From IMG/VR virus record IMGVR_UViG_3300023214_000431: a stretch of 58,125 nucleotides of DNA; one strand, 5' to 3'. This document shows positions 47,468 to 57,056 of this stretch, one piece after another. This DNA comes from an uncultured virus (IMG/VR IMGVR_UViG_3300023214_000431). Its lineage: Duplodnaviria > Heunggongvirae > Uroviricota > Caudoviricetes. Numbering within the stretch: the first letter of the stretch is position 1; each line of letters opens with the position of its first letter. The notes under the pieces are model-generated. The model was not told where the DNA came from, made no database searches, and worked only from the letters and a program-made list of their open reading frames with translations. The position numbers and the translations under genes are program-made.

Positions 47468-48724
47468 ATGCACCTCATTCACCGCCAGACCTGCCGCGTT
47501 TGCGGCTCTTGTGCTCTCACCAAGGTCATCGACCTGGGCGAGCAATACTTGCAGAACGTCTTTCCCCGCGAGGATGAAGAGCTGCCCTGCGTCCGCAAGC
47601 TACCGACAGAGTTGGTTCTGTGCGATCCAACTCAAGATGAAAAAGCCTGTGGTCTACTGCAAACGCGACACACGGTCCCTCCCCAGATCTTGTACTCATC
47701 CTACTGGTACAAATCTGGCGTCAACCAAACGATGAAAGACCATCTGTGCGATGTAGTTCAAGACTGCATCAAGCACGCCAAGCGTATTAATCTTGGCCAA
47801 GACATCACCGTCCTCGACATCGGCTGCAACGACGGCACGCTGCTCGGCTTCTGGCCCGATCCAATTCACAAGTTCGGGGTCGACCCATCAGATGTCGCCC
47901 GTGAAGCCTTCGCCGAACGTAAGGACCGTACAACTTTCATCAGCGATTTCTTCCCCAGCGATTCACTTCCCGGCGACACCAAGTTCGATTTCATTACCGC
48001 CATCGCGATGTTCTATGACCTCGAAAATCCAATACAATTCCTTCAAAACATCGCCGAGAAACTCAAAAGGGGCGGCATCACCTGCATCGAAGTCTCGCAC
48101 ATGCCGACCATGCTCGCTCGGACCTCCTACGACACCATCTGCCACGAGCATCTCGAATACTACTCGCTCGCTGTTCTCGAACAGATGTTTACAAAGTGTG
48201 GCCTCCACATATTCGATGCCTCTCTCAACGAAATCAACGGTGGCAGCATCCGCGTCTTCGCATCACCTGAGAAAAAAGACGAGAGCGAAAACCTTCGTCA
48301 GATCAGAATGCACGAGTTCGAGATGAACCTCGATTCGCCCGAGACCTATCGCAAGTTCCAGCACATCTCCGAGGTCAGAGCCCACGACCTCCTATCCCTC
48401 CTTGCTTCAGCCGCAGCCAAGGGTCAAACCGTTCACGCATATGGCGCCTCCACCAAGGGCAACACCATCTTGCAGTGGTGCAAGATCGACAGAAGATTCG
48501 TGCAATATGCCGCTGACAGGAACCCTGCAAAGCACGGCTGCAAAACCCCCGGCACCAACATCCCCATCATCAGCGAAGAAGAGTCGCGCGGCATGAAGCC
48601 TAACTTCTACCTCGTGCTGCCCTGGTCATTCGCCGACGAGTTCAAGGAGCGAGAAAAAGAAATGCTCGCTCAAGGAACCCGGTTCATCTTCCCACTACCA
48701 ACCATCCAGGTCGTTGGGGGATGA
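47468..48724 (+). CDS. NDP-sugar C-methyltransferase (Zn-binding class I SAM MTase)
   Basis: CRVCGS, DIGCNDG, ICHEHLEYYS, NGGS, YGASTKGNT, LPW.F. Confidence 0.92.
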   Translation: MHLIHRQTCRVCGSCALTKVIDLGEQYLQNVFPREDEELPCVRKLPTELVLCDPTQDEKACGLLQTRHTVPPQILYSSYWYKSGVNQTMKDHLCDVVQDCIKHAKRINLGQDITVLDIGCNDGTLLGFWPDPIHKFGVDPSDVAREAFAERKDRTTFISDFFPSDSLPGDTKFDFITAIAMFYDLENPIQFLQNIAEKLKRGGITCIEVSHMPTMLARTSYDTICHEHLEYYSLAVLEQMFTKCGLHIFDASLNEINGGSIRVFASPEKKDESENLRQIRMHEFEMNLDSPETYRKFQHISEVRAHDLLSLLASAAAKGQTVHAYGASTKGNTILQWCKIDRRFVQYAADRNPAKHGCKTPGTNIPIISEEESRGMKPNFYLVLPWSFADEFKEREKEMLAQGTRFIFPLPTIQVVGG

Positions 48725-49320
48725 AAAGCTACGCCCAAGACGGCGAGGACATCCTTCTCGACCATCTCATCGGCGACCAAAAGCGCGGCGTCTACGTCGA
48801 CATAGGAGCCGCCGACTACTACAGCAACACGCAGTTCTTTCGAGAGCGCGGCTGGCGTGGAGTCAACGTCGAGCCGCACCCCGAAAGCTACGAGCGAATC
48901 ATCAAGAACCGCCCTGACGACTTCAACATGCAAGCTGGTGTCGCCGAAGAAGAAGGCTTGCGCACCTTCTACGCTGTCAAAGAACACCGCACTCGCTCGA
49001 CCTTCAACAAAGCCGTCGCCGACAACTGCGGCTTTCCCTACGAAACCATCACCATCGCCGTTATGCCCTTGCGAGACATACTCGCAGCCGCAGGCGTTGG
49101 CGCCATCGACCTGATGAGCATCGACACCGAGGGTCACGACTTCCAGGTTCTCCGAAGCAACAACTGGAAACGCTGGGTTCCCAAATTCATCATCATCGAG
49201 ATCAAGCCACCAAACGGCCTCGACAAAGAGCCCTGGGAGGGATTTCTCGAAAGCAAAGGCTACCGCTTGGCAGCCGTCAGCAAGAACCACATCAACGCCA
49301 TCTACCAGCACAAACCATGA
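48721..49320 (+). CDS. FkbM family methyltransferase
   Basis: YAQDGED, YVDIGA, GWRGVNVEP, MSIDTEG. Confidence 0.92.
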   Translation: MKSYAQDGEDILLDHLIGDQKRGVYVDIGAADYYSNTQFFRERGWRGVNVEPHPESYERIIKNRPDDFNMQAGVAEEEGLRTFYAVKEHRTRSTFNKAVADNCGFPYETITIAVMPLRDILAAAGVGAIDLMSIDTEGHDFQVLRSNNWKRWVPKFIIIEIKPPNGLDKEPWEGFLESKGYRLAAVSKNHINAIYQHKP

Positions 49321-50228
49321 GAATCATCGTCACAGGCGTCAACGGCTTTCTCGGAAGCCACATGGCTCAATACCTCTCCGACCAGAGCCACCAAGTCATC
49401 GGCTGCGCTCGAAGGCTACGTGAAAAGAAACCCGCTGACCTCCATGACTACGCCGACTGCGATTTGACCGACCGGTTTCAAACCGAGGCTTTCTTCCATT
49501 TCTACAAGCCTGTCGATTGCCTCTATCACTTCGCAGCCGAAGTTGGCAGATCTGACACCATCACAAAAAGCTCGTGCGACCAAAACATCCTCATCAACAC
49601 CGCTACTTTCGCAGCCGCTCATGCCACAAGCATCCCGAAAATTCTTTTCTCATCTTCGGTCAACGTCTACGACCAAACCAGTGAATACGGACGCGAGCGC
49701 CTCGTCAGTGAAAAACTGGCGCGAGGACTCTGCCCCGAGGCCCAGGTTCACATCGTCAGACTCGCAAACGTAGTCGGTCGCGGGTGTCCGTGGAAAGGCA
49801 CCAAAGCCCGCGTCGTCGCTTCTCTCTGTCGCCAAGCACTCGTCAACAACGGCTACATCACCATCAAAGGTAACGGCAAACAGCGCCGTGCTTTCATCCA
49901 CATCACCGATGCCGTCCGCGCCATGAGCATCATCACCCAACACGCAAACCCCAAGGACATTCTCGATCTCGCCATTCCAGAAATCTTCACCGTCAACGAC
50001 ATCGTTTCATGCATCGAAACCATCCACGGGCCGCTCGAAAGGCGTTACAAGCCCAACTCGATGCCCGAACCCACTCTCGATCTGGACGGGCGGGTTCATT
50101 TGTTTCGACGAGCTACCGACAAGATCACATGGTATCCCGGAATGCCACTAACCGCTGCAATCCAGGACACCTATGAATGGGTCCGAGATTCTATCATCGA
50201 AACTGGACAAACCCGTGCCTCCCGGTGA
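49317..50228 (+). CDS. NAD-dependent epimerase/dehydratase (extended SDR)
   Basis: TGVNGFLG, HFAA, SSS..VY, YGRER, G.G.Q.RAFIHI.D. Confidence 0.88.
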   Translation: MRIIVTGVNGFLGSHMAQYLSDQSHQVIGCARRLREKKPADLHDYADCDLTDRFQTEAFFHFYKPVDCLYHFAAEVGRSDTITKSSCDQNILINTATFAAAHATSIPKILFSSSVNVYDQTSEYGRERLVSEKLARGLCPEAQVHIVRLANVVGRGCPWKGTKARVVASLCRQALVNNGYITIKGNGKQRRAFIHITDAVRAMSIITQHANPKDILDLAIPEIFTVNDIVSCIETIHGPLERRYKPNSMPEPTLDLDGRVHLFRRATDKITWYPGMPLTAAIQDTYEWVRDSIIETGQTRASR

Positions 50229-50244
50229 AAAATAACGGGGCCAC

Positions 50245-50502
50245 ATGTCTTCTCTGTCCATGACGAAATCCAACGACCATGACGACAGCGCTCTGCCGCC
50301 GTTGCCAAACGGTCACGGTTTCTTCGAGGGCGACCGGGTTCAATTTCGTGTGTGGGGTCGAGGCACCATCCAAGGCACTATCCAGGACATCGACATTTCC
50401 TTTGGTGGTAAGCGCTACAAAGGTCTAGCCATCCTCGGCGACGACCAGCGCTACTACGAACTCGTGCTCGACGCCACAGACAAGATCGAGACCGAAAGCT
50501 GA
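50245..50502 (+). CDS. Small SH3/KOW-like protein
   Basis: FFEGDRVQF...GTIQDI. Confidence 0.5.
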   Translation: MSSLSMTKSNDHDDSALPPLPNGHGFFEGDRVQFRVWGRGTIQGTIQDIDISFGGKRYKGLAILGDDQRYYELVLDATDKIETES

Positions 50503-50600
50503 CCGGATTCTTTCGGTTTTCTTCGGCGTGTGGTAATTCACAATTCCCGACAACTGCCATCGCCAAGGAGCCCCTATGCGCCCCATCTTCTAACAGCCCG

Positions 50601-50703
50601 GTTTTTGCTTGACCTTCGGCGCAGCCAACCCCTTCCCAGCGCCAGGTCAAAAAAACCCCCCGACGATCACCACTCGTCGGAGGGTTCCTTCCAGAGGAAG
50701 GGG
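50601..50703. other. Cluster of three hairpins; the second could be a minus-strand terminator
   Basis: TTGACCT..GGCGC/GCGCC-AGGTCAA; AACCC.CCGACGA/TCGTCGG.GGGTT next to A7; CTTCC/GGAAG. Confidence 0.5.
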
Positions 50704-50796
50704 CGGAACAAGGACGCCAGTGCGGGGTGATGCAATGACCAGGGCAAGTGTCGCGTATTTTGAAAAATTGTCAAGAGACTGTGCTGAGTAGCCGCG

Positions 50797-52473
50797 ATGG
50801 CGAAGAAGCGCCCGTCTCGAAAAACCCCTAAAAAGGGGGCTAAACGAGGTGCCCGCAAGGCATCAACGGACAAGCCACAGCCAAAATACAAGACCGCAAA
50901 GAAGCCTCACAAGTCTGCGAAATCAAAAAAGCCTCGCAAGTCTGCGAAACCAAAGAAAGGCGCCTCGAAAAGCCCCAGGCGCACTACGAAAGCCTCCAAG
51001 GGCATCAAACGCAGCCGGGGTGTGCGAGCAACAGCCGAGCAAAAACGCGCCCGCAGAGCCCTGCTGAGCTATGTTAACCGCCTTGGCAAGCGCAAGGCTG
51101 CCCGCCGCCTCGATGCGACCGTCTCCGAAATCGAGCGCTGGCTGCGCACATGGAACATCCCCGCGCCTGTGCGGCCCGAGGTCATCGGCCTCGATACATC
51201 CGGGGGTGGCTTCACCTACCTGCGCGGCACGAGCTTGCAGGATGCCGTCAAGCGCATGGGCTACACAGGCGTCTCACGCCTGACGGGTCTCAGCGGCAAA
51301 CGCATAAAAGAGATCTTGTCGAAGCGGCCCAAGGCCCGCATCAAGGTCAGCCGCAAGCGCATCCAGGAGCTTGGCGAGAAGAAGGGCTGGGACTACCTGG
51401 CCGAAAAGCTCAAGGCAACACCCTATCTCATCAAGAGTTCCTCGGCCTTTCCGAAGACCGACGCGACAAAGAGATTGCAAGGATTCACCAACCAATACGG
51501 TGAAGGCGAAGTCGCCTACTTCCTTGGCATTCAACCCCACACTCTCAAGCGCTGGCTCGACAGCAACGTTCCTCGCTCATGGGAAGCCGACCTCAATCGC
51601 TACATCGGCCGTCGCCGTGACGAGGGCATGACGGTCGATGAAATCCAAGCCCGTCTTGCCGATCCACGCAGCATCAAATCCTATGTCACCGAAGCACTGA
51701 AGAAGGCCGCCGCCTGGAACAAGAAAGTACGCGGCAAGTTCCGCATCTCAAAAAAGACTGCTGAACGTTGGGGGCGCCTTCGAGAGTTCGACGACCAATT
51801 CAAGCGTCTCAAAGAAGCCTGGCAAGAAGCTCAAAAAGCCGAAAAGAAAAAGCGACCACCAAAAGGCGCACCCCCTCCCGTACCAGCCCCACCGCCAACA
51901 CCCCCGCCACTTTTTCCCACCAAGCCGCCACCGCTTGCCGAGACCCCGCAAGTCCCTGTACCCCCCATCGAGCAAGCCGTACACGAAGCGATGAAAGACT
52001 TCTACGGAAAACGTGCTTCAGCCATCGCCGACAGCAAAAACGCTGGCTACCTACCCCTCGACGACTTCGGCTTCTTCTCACCCTACAAAGGCACCTGGCG
52101 CGAAGGCTACCGCTACTACGGCGAGGTAGGGCAATTCGTAGTCCTCATCGACATGACGAAGCTGGGCAACGAAATCATCAAGCGTGCCAGGCAGATGTGG
52201 GCGAAGATTCATGGGCGTGGCGAGCGCATGAGCATCAAGTACACTTTCTCTGCACAGGGTTCAGGCAACCCTTTTTATCCAGGCGCCTTCGAGCCCGACA
52301 AGAACGAGTTCAACTTCTTCACGCTCAAACCTGACGACATCACCGAGCCCCACACCATCGACCGTAACGTGCGCACAGCCATGGAACAGATCTGGGAAAA
52401 CGCTCAGGAGAACATGCTCTTCTTCGAGCATTACGAAATCGTCAAGAGCATCAACATCCGGATGGACCTGTGA
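50797..52473 (+). CDS. Basic multi-HTH protein
   Basis: Lys-rich N-tail; HTH-like AARRLDATVSEIERW, VSRLTGLSGKRI, VAYFLGIQPHTLKRW; Pro linker; unknown C-domain. Confidence 0.7.
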   Translation: MAKKRPSRKTPKKGAKRGARKASTDKPQPKYKTAKKPHKSAKSKKPRKSAKPKKGASKSPRRTTKASKGIKRSRGVRATAEQKRARRALLSYVNRLGKRKAARRLDATVSEIERWLRTWNIPAPVRPEVIGLDTSGGGFTYLRGTSLQDAVKRMGYTGVSRLTGLSGKRIKEILSKRPKARIKVSRKRIQELGEKKGWDYLAEKLKATPYLIKSSSAFPKTDATKRLQGFTNQYGEGEVAYFLGIQPHTLKRWLDSNVPRSWEADLNRYIGRRRDEGMTVDEIQARLADPRSIKSYVTEALKKAAAWNKKVRGKFRISKKTAERWGRLREFDDQFKRLKEAWQEAQKAEKKKRPPKGAPPPVPAPPPTPPPLFPTKPPPLAETPQVPVPPIEQAVHEAMKDFYGKRASAIADSKNAGYLPLDDFGFFSPYKGTWREGYRYYGEVGQFVVLIDMTKLGNEIIKRARQMWAKIHGRGERMSIKYTFSAQGSGNPFYPGAFEPDKNEFNFFTLKPDDITEPHTIDRNVRTAMEQIWENAQENMLFFEHYEIVKSINIRMDL

Positions 52474-52685
52474 GCGAGCGTGTCTACGCCATCGTGAAAT
52501 ACGCGAACGGCGAAATCTGTCGATGCGACTTCCCAAATGCCGAAGTCGCTCGCAGACGCTGCATGAACATGATGACCCTCGACGCCGACGACTGCGAAAT
52601 CGAAGAGATCAAAATCTTCAAGGTCAAAGGGACCGAGGTTTTGCCGGTGTCGATCTACTCGGGCTCTTCTTCCCCGAAGATTTGA
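52470..52685 (+). CDS. Small hypothetical protein
   Basis: GTGA-coupled 71 aa ORF. Confidence 0.6.
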   Translation: MSERVYAIVKYANGEICRCDFPNAEVARRRCMNMMTLDADDCEIEEIKIFKVKGTEVLPVSIYSGSSSPKI

Positions 52686-52703
52686 TGATCGGCTTGAGAA
52701 CCT

Positions 52704-53048
52704 TCAGGGGCGATGGTCGCCCTGATGGTTTTTGTCGAGGTTGCAGGTATACCATGTCGTGCATTCTTTGCATCGAAACCGCTCACCACACTTTCCGTCG
52801 ATTTCACCGTACTCGCTAAACGGTGCGAGCTTGTGTCCTTTGTGCTTTGCAAACCAACTCGGATGAATATTTCGGTGCAGACCAAACTTCATCTCAAACC
52901 ACATCAAGTCGCCTTCGAGTTCAGCTAGCCCAGCAATCGCATCCGCGTGCCTCACCAAAGCCCGAATCTCATCCACGGCATGATTCGTTTCCCCAAGGTC
53001 GTCGACCTCATCGCAGTCGAGGCACTTGATGTCCCAATGGCAGCTCAC
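52704..53048 (-). CDS. Small Cys/His-rich (Zn-binding) protein
   Basis: CLDC, KHKGH, C...C.LDKNHQGDH. Confidence 0.7.
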   Translation of the reverse strand: MSCHWDIKCLDCDEVDDLGETNHAVDEIRALVRHADAIAGLAELEGDLMWFEMKFGLHRNIHPSWFAKHKGHKLAPFSEYGEIDGKCGERFRCKECTTWYTCNLDKNHQGDHRP

Positions 53049-53941
53049 GGAGTACCTACCCTTCGTTCAATCTCGCCCTGGAGATCCATTGCCAGCAAGC
53101 GCGACAAACGCACCACCTTCCGCATGTCCGCATCAAGAGGCAGCCGCCCACCATAGGCCAGTTCCAACTGCGATTCCATCTCGATGGCGAGCATCCGCGT
53201 CGCACGAATCACACGCCGGGTTTCATCATCAACCTTCATGAAGCTACCGAGCCTGTCGCCCAAACGGAGCACGCGCTTCGAGACATCCTGGAAAGCGGAA
53301 TACAAATCCTCTTCAGTACTCGCGCCAAAATGACGGCCGACCTGGCTGATGATGAGCGCCGTCTGCTCTTCATCCAACTCGAAGTCTTCTTCCTTCGAGG
53401 CCCGCTTCGTTTCTTCCTTGACCATGATGGTCTTGCCGATGAGTTCACCAAGAGTCGCAAGCGCGCCAACCATCTGGCGCATCTCCGCATAGACCTCGAT
53501 GTCCCTCTCGGGCATGTTCAAAATCACGCCAGGCGCGGTCTGAAACGAAATCTCCTTAGAAGTCTTCTCCATCGGTACCGCAATCGCAGCACCCGAAGAG
53601 CTTCGCGCCAACACCTTGTTCGCAACACGCTCGGCGATGTTCGAGATGAATTTCGCGTTCGGCATGTTCGAGGGCACTGAGATGGCCGTTGTCTGTGCAG
53701 GCGTTGCGGACTGCGGTGCAGATCGGCGTATGGGAAGAACCGGCGCTGGCCTCGGTGCAGACGGCATATGCAGGCTGGGGCTCTGTGGCGCGTATTGAGG
53801 TGGGGGTGCCTGGGGTACTGGTGTGGCCCAGAACTCGCGGCCTATGGGGCATACATCGGTATTCGTTTGAGCGTTTCGACAGATGCCGCATTCGAGGACG
53901 TGGCGTTTCCACTGCTCGACCATGTTGGTGTCAGCCATCAT
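53045..53941 (-). CDS. Hypothetical protein with N-terminal Zn knuckle
   Basis: HVLECGIC...CPIG, Pro linker, helical C-half. Confidence 0.7.
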   Translation of the reverse strand: MMADTNMVEQWKRHVLECGICRNAQTNTDVCPIGREFWATPVPQAPPPQYAPQSPSLHMPSAPRPAPVLPIRRSAPQSATPAQTTAISVPSNMPNAKFISNIAERVANKVLARSSSGAAIAVPMEKTSKEISFQTAPGVILNMPERDIEVYAEMRQMVGALATLGELIGKTIMVKEETKRASKEEDFELDEEQTALIISQVGRHFGASTEEDLYSAFQDVSKRVLRLGDRLGSFMKVDDETRRVIRATRMLAIEMESQLELAYGGRLPLDADMRKVVRLSRLLAMDLQGEIERRVGTP

Positions 53942-54444
53942 TTCAACCCCTGCCTTTGCAAGATTCGCCTGGCCTGCTGAAAGTCTCTTCCCGTCACCCC
54001 CGTTCGAGGATCCGTCTGCACGAGTCGATCTAGCACCGGCTCCATATCACCGTCGTCATCGAAAATCACGAAGGGCGTTCCCGAGTACAGAGACATATAG
54101 CGCTCGATTTCCACACCGCGAGGTACGTCTTCATCATTCTCGTCATACAACTTCGGTGTCTTGCCAACGATGAGCTTGAGCTTCTCGAAGCCCCTCTCTC
54201 GCAGGATGCTCTTTATCTCCGAAACAGAACGACCTTCACGCCAAGTCGACGACACGACGACCACGCCGCCGATGTCTTCGACAAAACGACACATCTTCTT
54301 GACCAGGCCAACGTCTAGATTACCGTTACCCTTGGCGTCTGGATTGGCAGCGAAGTAGCGCTCGCTATTCAGGACGCCATCGAAATCGAGGAAGACGAAC
54401 GCTTTTTCGCCTTTCCCTTTTTTGCGGCTTTGCGATTGCGCCAT
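53938..54444 (-). CDS. HAD phosphatase, Swiss-Army-Knife RNA-repair type (HAD_SAK_2-like)
   Basis: FLDFDGVLN, VSSTWR, GKTP, RGVEI, FVIFDD. Confidence 0.88.
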   Translation of the reverse strand: MAQSQSRKKGKGEKAFVFLDFDGVLNSERYFAANPDAKGNGNLDVGLVKKMCRFVEDIGGVVVVSSTWREGRSVSEIKSILRERGFEKLKLIVGKTPKLYDENDEDVPRGVEIERYMSLYSGTPFVIFDDDGDMEPVLDRLVQTDPRTGVTGRDFQQARRILQRQGLK

Positions 54445-54737
54445 GTTGCCTCCGCAGGGAAGAAAACGATCCGAACCATGTCACGTTGCTTGCGAGCTTC
54501 CTTCTTCCCTTCTGTGGTCAACTCATAGTAGCAGGCACGACCAGACTCGGGCTCTTCGTGCTGGACGATAATCCCTTCCTGTAGCATGGACTTCAGCGCG
54601 GGATACACACTGCCCGAGTGCAAAGTCATCTTCTGTTTCGTCATGCCCTTGATGCGCGCAATGATCTCGGAGCCGTAGGTGGGGCCTTGGAGAAGCGCTT
54701 GCAGGATGACGGCTTTCGTGGTTAGGGGACTTTCCAT
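54369..54737 (-). CDS. PadR family transcriptional regulator
   Basis: ILQAL..GPTYG.EI, GSVYPAL, YYELT.EG. Confidence 0.9.
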   Translation of the reverse strand: MESPLTTKAVILQALLQGPTYGSEIIARIKGMTKQKMTLHSGSVYPALKSMLQEGIIVQHEEPESGRACYYELTTEGKKEARKQRDMVRIVFFPAEATWRNRKAAKKGKAKKRSSSSISMAS

Positions 54738-55021
54738 CTGACTAGAGCGAATAGTATCAAACCCCGACAATGGCCGCAGAGGAAGTTGAATCAAGGGCTT
54801 AGGCGAGATCTAGAACTTGTTCAGACACCTCTGAAGCGGTCGTAGGCGCCATCGGGCGCTTCTTCTTGACGCGGATAGTCGTGATAGATTTCGGCTGGTT
54901 AAGATCGAGTTTTGCCCCTTTGAATTTTAAGTATTTTATGAGAGTCTTAAAAGCATAGCCAGCGACCTGGCCGGTGTAGGAGCACGAGGTTCCGAAAGCC
55001 AGGTAAGCAGAAAGGCCCCCA

Positions 55022-56494
55022 ATGTCGAACTTCACTCCCTCCCCGCAGCAGCAGGCCATCTTCGATGAGTTTGCCACGGGCAAGAGCAATGTCGTTGTTA
55101 CCGCTCGCGCTGGTTGCGGCAAGACCACCACCATCCTTCGCGCCATCGACTTCGCGCCCGAGAAGAAAATTCTCCTGGCCGCATTCAACAAAGACATCGC
55201 GCAGGAACTCAAGTCGAGGCTGTCCAACGAGAACGCGCAAGCCCGCACGCTTCACAGCCTCGGCAACGGGTACGTATTCTCGAAGTGGGGCAAGGTCGCC
55301 ATCGACCCCAAGCGCGGCATGTTGCTCGCTCAAAAAGCCATCGGCGGCAACCCCAAGAAGGAACACACCTCCCTCGTTGCCAAACTGGCCTCCGTCGCCA
55401 AGAACCTCAACGCCGATCCAACCATCGAAGAGCTGGTCGAAATGGCATACGACTACAACGTCATGCCCGAGTCGAGCGCCGATGCCGACATCGACCTCGA
55501 CGCTGCCATTCACTGGATCGCCAAGAAGGCTCGCAAGGCCCTCGAACTAGCAACACGCAAGGACGGAACCATCGACTACGACGACATGGTGTTCCTCCCC
55601 GTTCGCTGCAATTGGGCCTACCCGCGCTTCGACCTCGTTGTCATCGACGAAGCGCAGGACATGAACCCCCTGCAACTTGAACTCGCGCGCCGCGCTTGCC
55701 GCCGCAACGGGCGCATCACCGCCATTGGCGACAACCGCCAGGCCATCTACGGATTTCGCGGCGCTGACTCCGGTGCTCTCGCCCGTCTCGCTCAAGAGCT
55801 GGATGCAAAGCAGCTCACCCTCACCACCACCTACCGCTGCCCCAAGAAGGTCGTCGCCCTGGCCGCTGCCCTCGTCCCCGATTTCGAGGCCGCTGACAGC
55901 GCTCCCGAAGGCGTGGTGGACACCGTTGGTCCCCAGACCATCCAGGAGGCTGTCCCCGGAAACTTCGTCCTGAGCCGCAAGAACGCGCCCCTGGCAGGCG
56001 TCTGCCTATCACTTCTCCGCGAGGGCAAACGAGCTTTCATCCGTGGCCGCGACATCGGCGCCAGCCTCATCAGCATCATCAAGCGCACCAAGACCACCAC
56101 CGTCGCTGAACTGGCCACAGCAATCGAGACTTGGCGTGTGAACATGCTCGAAAAACTGGCGGCCGAAGAGGCACCTGACGCCGCTTTCGAGCGCGTTGAA
56201 GATCAAGCTGAAACCATCTCAACCCTGGCCGAAGGTCTCGCCACCACCGCCGAGGTCATCGCCCGCATCGACTCTCTGTTCTCCGACAGCGGCCTCGATA
56301 CTGCCATCGTGTGCAGCACCATCCACCGCGCCAAGGGTCTCGAAGCCGAGCGCGTCTTTCTCCTGGTCAACACCCTGTACCCAGGGCGCACCAAGAACCA
56401 GCGCGACACTGGTGAAGGCGAAGAAGCAAACATCGAATACGTCGGTATCACCCGCGCCAAGAACCATCTGTCGCTCGTTCAGGGCATTGGCTGA
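55022..56494 (+). CDS. UvrD/Rep-like SF1 helicase
   Basis: AGCGKTT, AFNK, TLHS, IDEAQD, GD.RQAIYGFRGA, YRCP, TIHRAKGLE, YVGITRA. Confidence 0.95.
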   Translation: MSNFTPSPQQQAIFDEFATGKSNVVVTARAGCGKTTTILRAIDFAPEKKILLAAFNKDIAQELKSRLSNENAQARTLHSLGNGYVFSKWGKVAIDPKRGMLLAQKAIGGNPKKEHTSLVAKLASVAKNLNADPTIEELVEMAYDYNVMPESSADADIDLDAAIHWIAKKARKALELATRKDGTIDYDDMVFLPVRCNWAYPRFDLVVIDEAQDMNPLQLELARRACRRNGRITAIGDNRQAIYGFRGADSGALARLAQELDAKQLTLTTTYRCPKKVVALAAALVPDFEAADSAPEGVVDTVGPQTIQEAVPGNFVLSRKNAPLAGVCLSLLREGKRAFIRGRDIGASLISIIKRTKTTTVAELATAIETWRVNMLEKLAAEEAPDAAFERVEDQAETISTLAEGLATTAEVIARIDSLFSDSGLDTAIVCSTIHRAKGLEAERVFLLVNTLYPGRTKNQRDTGEGEEANIEYVGITRAKNHLSLVQGIG

Positions 56495-56516
56495 AAACCC
56501 CAACAAGGAAACCACC

Positions 56517-57047
56517 ATGAAACTCTCCGATCTCGACAAGGCCGCCACCGAAAGACTGGCGGCCTATGTCGACGACCTGGGCCTGGGCCTCTCCGTCGTC
56601 GCAAACATCTTCGCCCTGACCATCGCCGATACCACCGAGGCCCTTGTCCTCGGTCGCGAGCGCCGCTCGCGTAGAAGCGATAGCACACCCCGCGAGCAAC
56701 CCAAGCGCGTGCTCCGCTATGCCGTCATGGACCGCGAAAACTCGCCCGTCCAATTCGGCACAACCCCCCACGACCGATACGCCGTGTACTACCAGGGCGG
56801 TCGCCTCTGCACCGACCCTGAGAGCAACGCATGGGGCGGCATCGCCCTCGCCTTCACGCCCTCAAAGATGCACGCAGATCTCATCGCTGCGGCTCTCAAC
56901 GCCTACGCTGAAATCCACGGAGCAAACCGTGGCGACCACACACCCGAAGACATGCGTCGTCTCATCTACGATCTGAATAGTACCGACCTGAACACATGCC
57001 GTTCGGAAATGTTGGCTGTTGGTGTTGTCAAGCCCAAAAAGGGGTAG
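56517..57047 (+). CDS. Hypothetical protein
   Basis: AAGGA RBS; MKLSDLDK start. Confidence 0.7.
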   Translation: MKLSDLDKAATERLAAYVDDLGLGLSVVANIFALTIADTTEALVLGRERRSRRSDSTPREQPKRVLRYAVMDRENSPVQFGTTPHDRYAVYYQGGRLCTDPESNAWGGIALAFTPSKMHADLIAAALNAYAEIHGANRGDHTPEDMRRLIYDLNSTDLNTCRSEMLAVGVVKPKKG

Positions 57048-57056
57048 ACTCAGGGC

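Noticed and set aside
41226..50228. Host O-antigen/capsule locus
   Set aside because: No flippase, polymerase, ABC exporter or initiating transferase; has a paralog inside the viral structural module
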